DNA from: Longimicrobiales bacterium
Lineage (GTDB): Bacteria > Gemmatimonadota > Gemmatimonadetes > Longimicrobiales > Gaopeijiaceae
DNA length: 64,000 bases
Direction: 5' to 3'
NCBI GenBank assembly: GCA_965203485.1
Contig: OZ241892.1
Span: 1,088,001 to 1,152,000, forward strand
Below the pieces are notes generated by a model. That model was not told the DNA's origin. It saw only the letters and a program-made list of their open reading frames with translations, and searched no databases. The translations under genes were made by a program, and so were the position numbers. This document shows, in pieces, positions 60,661 through 64,000 of this stretch. The stretch's first letter is position 1. The number at the start of each line of letters is the position of its first letter.

Positions 60661-61637
60661 TCGACGGCTTCGGGCGGCGCGTCGAGTACCTGCGCATTTC
60701 GGTCACCGACAAGTGCAATCTGCGGTGCGTGTACTGCATGCCCGAGGAGGGACTCCACTGGTTGCGGCGGGACGAGCTTCTCAGCTACGAAGAGATCGCG
60801 ACGGTGGTGGAGGCGATGGCGGGCATGGGCCTGCGCCGTCTGCGGCTGACCGGAGGCGAGCCGTTGGTGCGCAAGGACCTGGACCGCTTGGCGTCCCTGC
60901 TCCGGGCCGTGGACGGGATCGAGGACGTCGCGCTCTCGACCAACGCGGTGCTGCTGGCGCCGGTCGCCCGCCGTCTCCGCGAGGCAGGCATCTCGCGGAT
61001 CAACATCTCGCTGGACTCGTTGCGGCCCGAACGAGCCGACGAGATCGCGCGCCGTCCGGGAACCCTCGCCAGGGTCATGCAAGGCTTGGACGCGGCCCTG
61101 GCCGCCGGCTTCGATCCGGTCAAGATCAACGTCGTCCTGGTGCGCGGCGTCAACGACGACGAGGTGCCCGCGTTCGCCGAACTCACCCGAACGCGTCCCG
61201 TCCACGTCCGCTTCATCGAGATCATGCCGACCGCGTCCAACTTGGACTTGAGCGCGGACAACTTCCTGTCGTGCGACGAAGCGCTCGCGGCCGTGTCGTC
61301 GGTGGACGAGTTGCGCCCGGTGCCAGGTCCGCCCGGCAACGGCCCCGCGACGTACTTCGCGTTGCCGGGGGCGCTGGGCACGATTGGGGCCATCACGCCG
61401 ATGAGCCACAACTTCTGCGACCGGTGCAACCGAATGCGCCTCACCGCCGACGGCCAGTTGCGCCCGTGCCTCTTCGGCGACCTCCAGACGCCGTTGCGCG
61501 ACGCGCTTCGCCGGGGCGAGGACCTGCGGCCCTTGGTCGAGGAGACCCTGCGCGTAAAGCCCGAACGGCACCTGCTCGTGCAGGGCTCGGCGGCCGGCTC
61601 GGGCGGACTGGTGGCGCTGTCTCAGACCGGCGGCTAG
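60657..61637 (+). CDS. moaA: GTP 3',8-cyclase (radical SAM)
   Basis: YLRISVTDKCNLRCVYCMP, TGGEP, FCDRCNRMRLTADG..CL motifs and C-terminal GG. Confidence 0.96.
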   Translation: MIDGFGRRVEYLRISVTDKCNLRCVYCMPEEGLHWLRRDELLSYEEIATVVEAMAGMGLRRLRLTGGEPLVRKDLDRLASLLRAVDGIEDVALSTNAVLLAPVARRLREAGISRINISLDSLRPERADEIARRPGTLARVMQGLDAALAAGFDPVKINVVLVRGVNDDEVPAFAELTRTRPVHVRFIEIMPTASNLDLSADNFLSCDEALAAVSSVDELRPVPGPPGNGPATYFALPGALGTIGAITPMSHNFCDRCNRMRLTADGQLRPCLFGDLQTPLRDALRRGEDLRPLVEETLRVKPERHLLVQGSAAGSGGLVALSQTGG

Positions 61638-61890
61638 ACCTCCAAACGCGACAGGCGGCGCTCGAAAGCAGCGTAGCGAACGGGGTTGCACGGCGCCCCG
61701 GAGGAATCCGTCGCGATCGGCTGGGCCGGGCTGGTAGGTTTGTCTCGGTCGGAGGCGCGCCGCATCTCGGGCCGGGGCCGCCTTCCCTTGGTGCGCCTCT
61801 GCTCCAGGGTTGACCGCGAAGGCGATTGCGGGGTGCGCCCGTCCGGCCAAGATTCGATGTTTCCGCACCCCAAGAGGAAGGAAGCGCCGG

Positions 61891-62823
61891 ATGGCCAAGA
61901 AGATCACCGTGGTGGGCGCCGGCCACGTCGGCGAGGTCTGCGCGCAACGGCTCGCCGAAAAGGAGCTGTGCGAAGAAGTCGTGCTGATCGACATCGTCGA
62001 GGGCATCCCCCAAGGCAAGGGGCTCGACCAATGGCAGAGCGCCCCGGTCGAAGGCTTCGACACCCGCGTGTCGGGCTCCAACGACTACGCCCCCGCCGAG
62101 GGATCGGACCTCTTCGTCGTGACCGCGGGCATCGCCCGCAAGCCGGGCATGAGTCGCGACGACCTGCTCCGCACCAATGCCGGCATCGTCCGGTCGGTGG
62201 GCCGCGAGATCGCCCGCGTCGCCCCCGAGGCGGTGGTGATCGTCGTGTCCAACCCGCTCGACGTGATGGCCTACGTCATGAAGGAGGCCACAGGGTTCCC
62301 CCGCGAGCGCGTGGTCGGCATGGCGGGCGTCCTCGACACGGCCCGCTTCCGCGCGTTCATCGCCATGGAACTCGACGTGAGCGTGCAGGACATCCAGGCG
62401 CTGGTGCTGGGCGGCCACGGCGACACGATGGTGCCGCTGGCCTCGTACGCCTCGGTGAGCGGCATTCCGCTGACCCAGCTGATCGAGCCCGACCGCCTCG
62501 AGGCCATCGTCCGGAGGACGCGAGACGGCGGCGCGGAGATCGTGGCCCATCTCAAGACCGGGAGCGCCTATTACGCGCCGTCCGCCGCGGCCGTGCAGAT
62601 GGCCGCCGCCGTCGTCGGCAACCAGCGCCGAATCCTGCCGGCCGCGGCCTTCCTGGAAGGCGAGTACGGCCAAGCGGGCATCTACCTGGGCGTTCCCTGC
62701 AAGCTCGGCGCGGGCGGACTCTTGGAGATCGTCCAAGTGGACTTGGCCGAGGGCGAGCAAGCCGCATTGGCCGAGAGCGCCGCGCACGTGCGCGCCACGA
62801 TGGCGGCGCTTTCGGAGGACTGA
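61891..62823 (+). CDS. mdh: Malate dehydrogenase (LDH-like)
   Basis: [31 protein letters not shown] and GSAYYAP motifs. Confidence 0.96.
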   Translation: MAKKITVVGAGHVGEVCAQRLAEKELCEEVVLIDIVEGIPQGKGLDQWQSAPVEGFDTRVSGSNDYAPAEGSDLFVVTAGIARKPGMSRDDLLRTNAGIVRSVGREIARVAPEAVVIVVSNPLDVMAYVMKEATGFPRERVVGMAGVLDTARFRAFIAMELDVSVQDIQALVLGGHGDTMVPLASYASVSGIPLTQLIEPDRLEAIVRRTRDGGAEIVAHLKTGSAYYAPSAAAVQMAAAVVGNQRRILPAAAFLEGEYGQAGIYLGVPCKLGAGGLLEIVQVDLAEGEQAALAESAAHVRATMAALSED

Positions 62824-62825
62824 AG

Positions 62826-63452
62826 ATGCCCGGCGTCCATGGCTCGCGAACGCCGCCCGACTCCGGCCGTTGCCTGCCCCCGGATCCGTCGGCGGTCGGG
62901 GCCGCGTCGGCGCCCGCGCCCGGCGGCGCCCGCGCCCTTCGCGGGCGAAGGCTGTGGGCGCTGCTTCCGGCGCTGGCGGCATGCGGCGGCGACGCCGTCT
63001 TGCCCGACGGGCCTCCCGGCATCGAGGACCTGGCCTTCGCGCCGGAGCTCGAGGTCGATCTGTCCCGCATGACCTTGTTGGCTTCGGGCCTGTACGTGCG
63101 CGACCTCGTGGCGGGAACCGGGGCCGAGGCCGTGTCCCAGGCCGGAGTTCGCTTCGACTACGAGGGGTGGCTCCACGACGGCACGCCCGTGGACCGGGGG
63201 CGATACCCGGCAAGCCCGTTCTGGCCGGGCGCCTTCGAGAGCCAGCTCGACGGCGAAGTCTACTACCTGGTGGGCAGCGGCGAGACCATCGCCGGATGGG
63301 ACATCGGACTGGTGGGGATGCGGGTCGGGGGCACGCGCCAAGTGGTTATTCCGCCGAAGCTTGGCTACGGCGCCGGGGGCTCGCCCGACAACAGGGTGCC
63401 GCCCAACGCGGTTCTCGTGTACCGGTTCGGTCTGCTTGCCGTCGAACCCTAG
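62826..63452 (+). CDS. FKBP-type peptidyl-prolyl isomerase, probable lipoprotein (start uncertain)
   Basis: LAAC lipobox-like motif; SGL...D...G.G, IAGWD.G..GMRVGG.R..IPP.LGYG. Confidence 0.9.
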   Translation: MPGVHGSRTPPDSGRCLPPDPSAVGAASAPAPGGARALRGRRLWALLPALAACGGDAVLPDGPPGIEDLAFAPELEVDLSRMTLLASGLYVRDLVAGTGAEAVSQAGVRFDYEGWLHDGTPVDRGRYPASPFWPGAFESQLDGEVYYLVGSGETIAGWDIGLVGMRVGGTRQVVIPPKLGYGAGGSPDNRVPPNAVLVYRFGLLAVEP

Positions 63453-63571
63453 TCCGAAGGCCCAGGTGGAAAAGGGAGCGTTCGGCGCGCAAGTCGGTCT
63501 TCGCTGGGCATTGCGCGTCGCCGGTGGGCGGGCTCGCCGCTCCCGCCGCCGTCGTCGGCCGGACTCTCGGC

Positions 63572-64000
63572 CTACAACCGCGGCAACGCCACTCCCGTCT
63601 GGCCCTGGTACTTGCCCTTCCGGTCGGCGTACGTGACGTCCGGCGTCTCGTCGCCCTGGAAGAAAACCAGCTGGGCGATCCCCTCGCCGCCGTAGATCCG
63701 GGCGGGCAGGGGCGTCGTGTTGGATATTTCCAGCGTCAGATAGCCCTCCCAGCCGGGCTCCAGCGGCGTCACGTTGACGATTATGCCGCACCGGGCATAG
63801 GTGCTCTTGCCGACGCACAGAACCAGCACGTCGGACGGCACCCGGAACCGCTCGACCGTCCGGGCCAACGCGAACGAGTTGGGTGGGATGATGCACTCCG
63901 GGCCGTTCACGTCCACGAAGGATCGCTCGTCGAACGCCTTCGGGTCCACAACGAGGTTGTGCACGTTGGTGAAGACCTTGAACTCGGGAGCGACGCGGAT
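63572..64000 (-). CDS. dcd: dCTP deaminase (5' end outside the window)
   Basis: [26 protein letters not shown] and KYQ.Q motifs. Confidence 0.96.
   Translation of the reverse strand: MRVAPEFKVFTNVHNLVVDPKAFDERSFVDVNGPECIIPPNSFALARTVERFRVPSDVLVLCVGKSTYARCGIIVNVTPLEPGWEGYLTLEISNTTPLPARIYGGEGIAQLVFFQGDETPDVTYADRKGKYQGQTGVALPRL

Overview
A very GC-rich bacterial chromosome segment. The gene content and the yicC-gmk-rpoZ-coaBC-udg-dnaB order suggest Gemmatimonadota (inference). It has three parts. (1) 1-8.9 kb: the end of the atp operon, a TrpH/YciV-like PHP gene, a 23S-5S rRNA unit with no 16S or tRNA, and thiE-mltG-ruvX on the minus strand. (2) About 8.9-34.6 kb: a roughly 25 kb defence island. 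It holds an orphan Phd antitoxin, a PHP-ABC ATPase gene cleanly split by an IS5-family element, a decayed Schlafen/AlbA-HATPase gene, and a DUF499/DUF1156/SNF2-DUF3883 restriction-like system. That system has a divergent helicase and two embedded effector modules (GmrSD, and an ABC ATPase-PIN-like pair). The island ends with a translationally coupled AAA_14/DUF4143 ATPase plus a 1437-aa NACHT protein carrying a C-terminal nuclease fold, and a Fic protein lacking its catalytic His. (3) 34.8-64 kb: housekeeping genes, including a TsaC-LMW phosphatase fusion and a catalytically degenerate E1-alpha in a 2-oxoacid dehydrogenase operon. All family assignments come from motifs recognised by eye; no searches were run, and several start codons are approximate.
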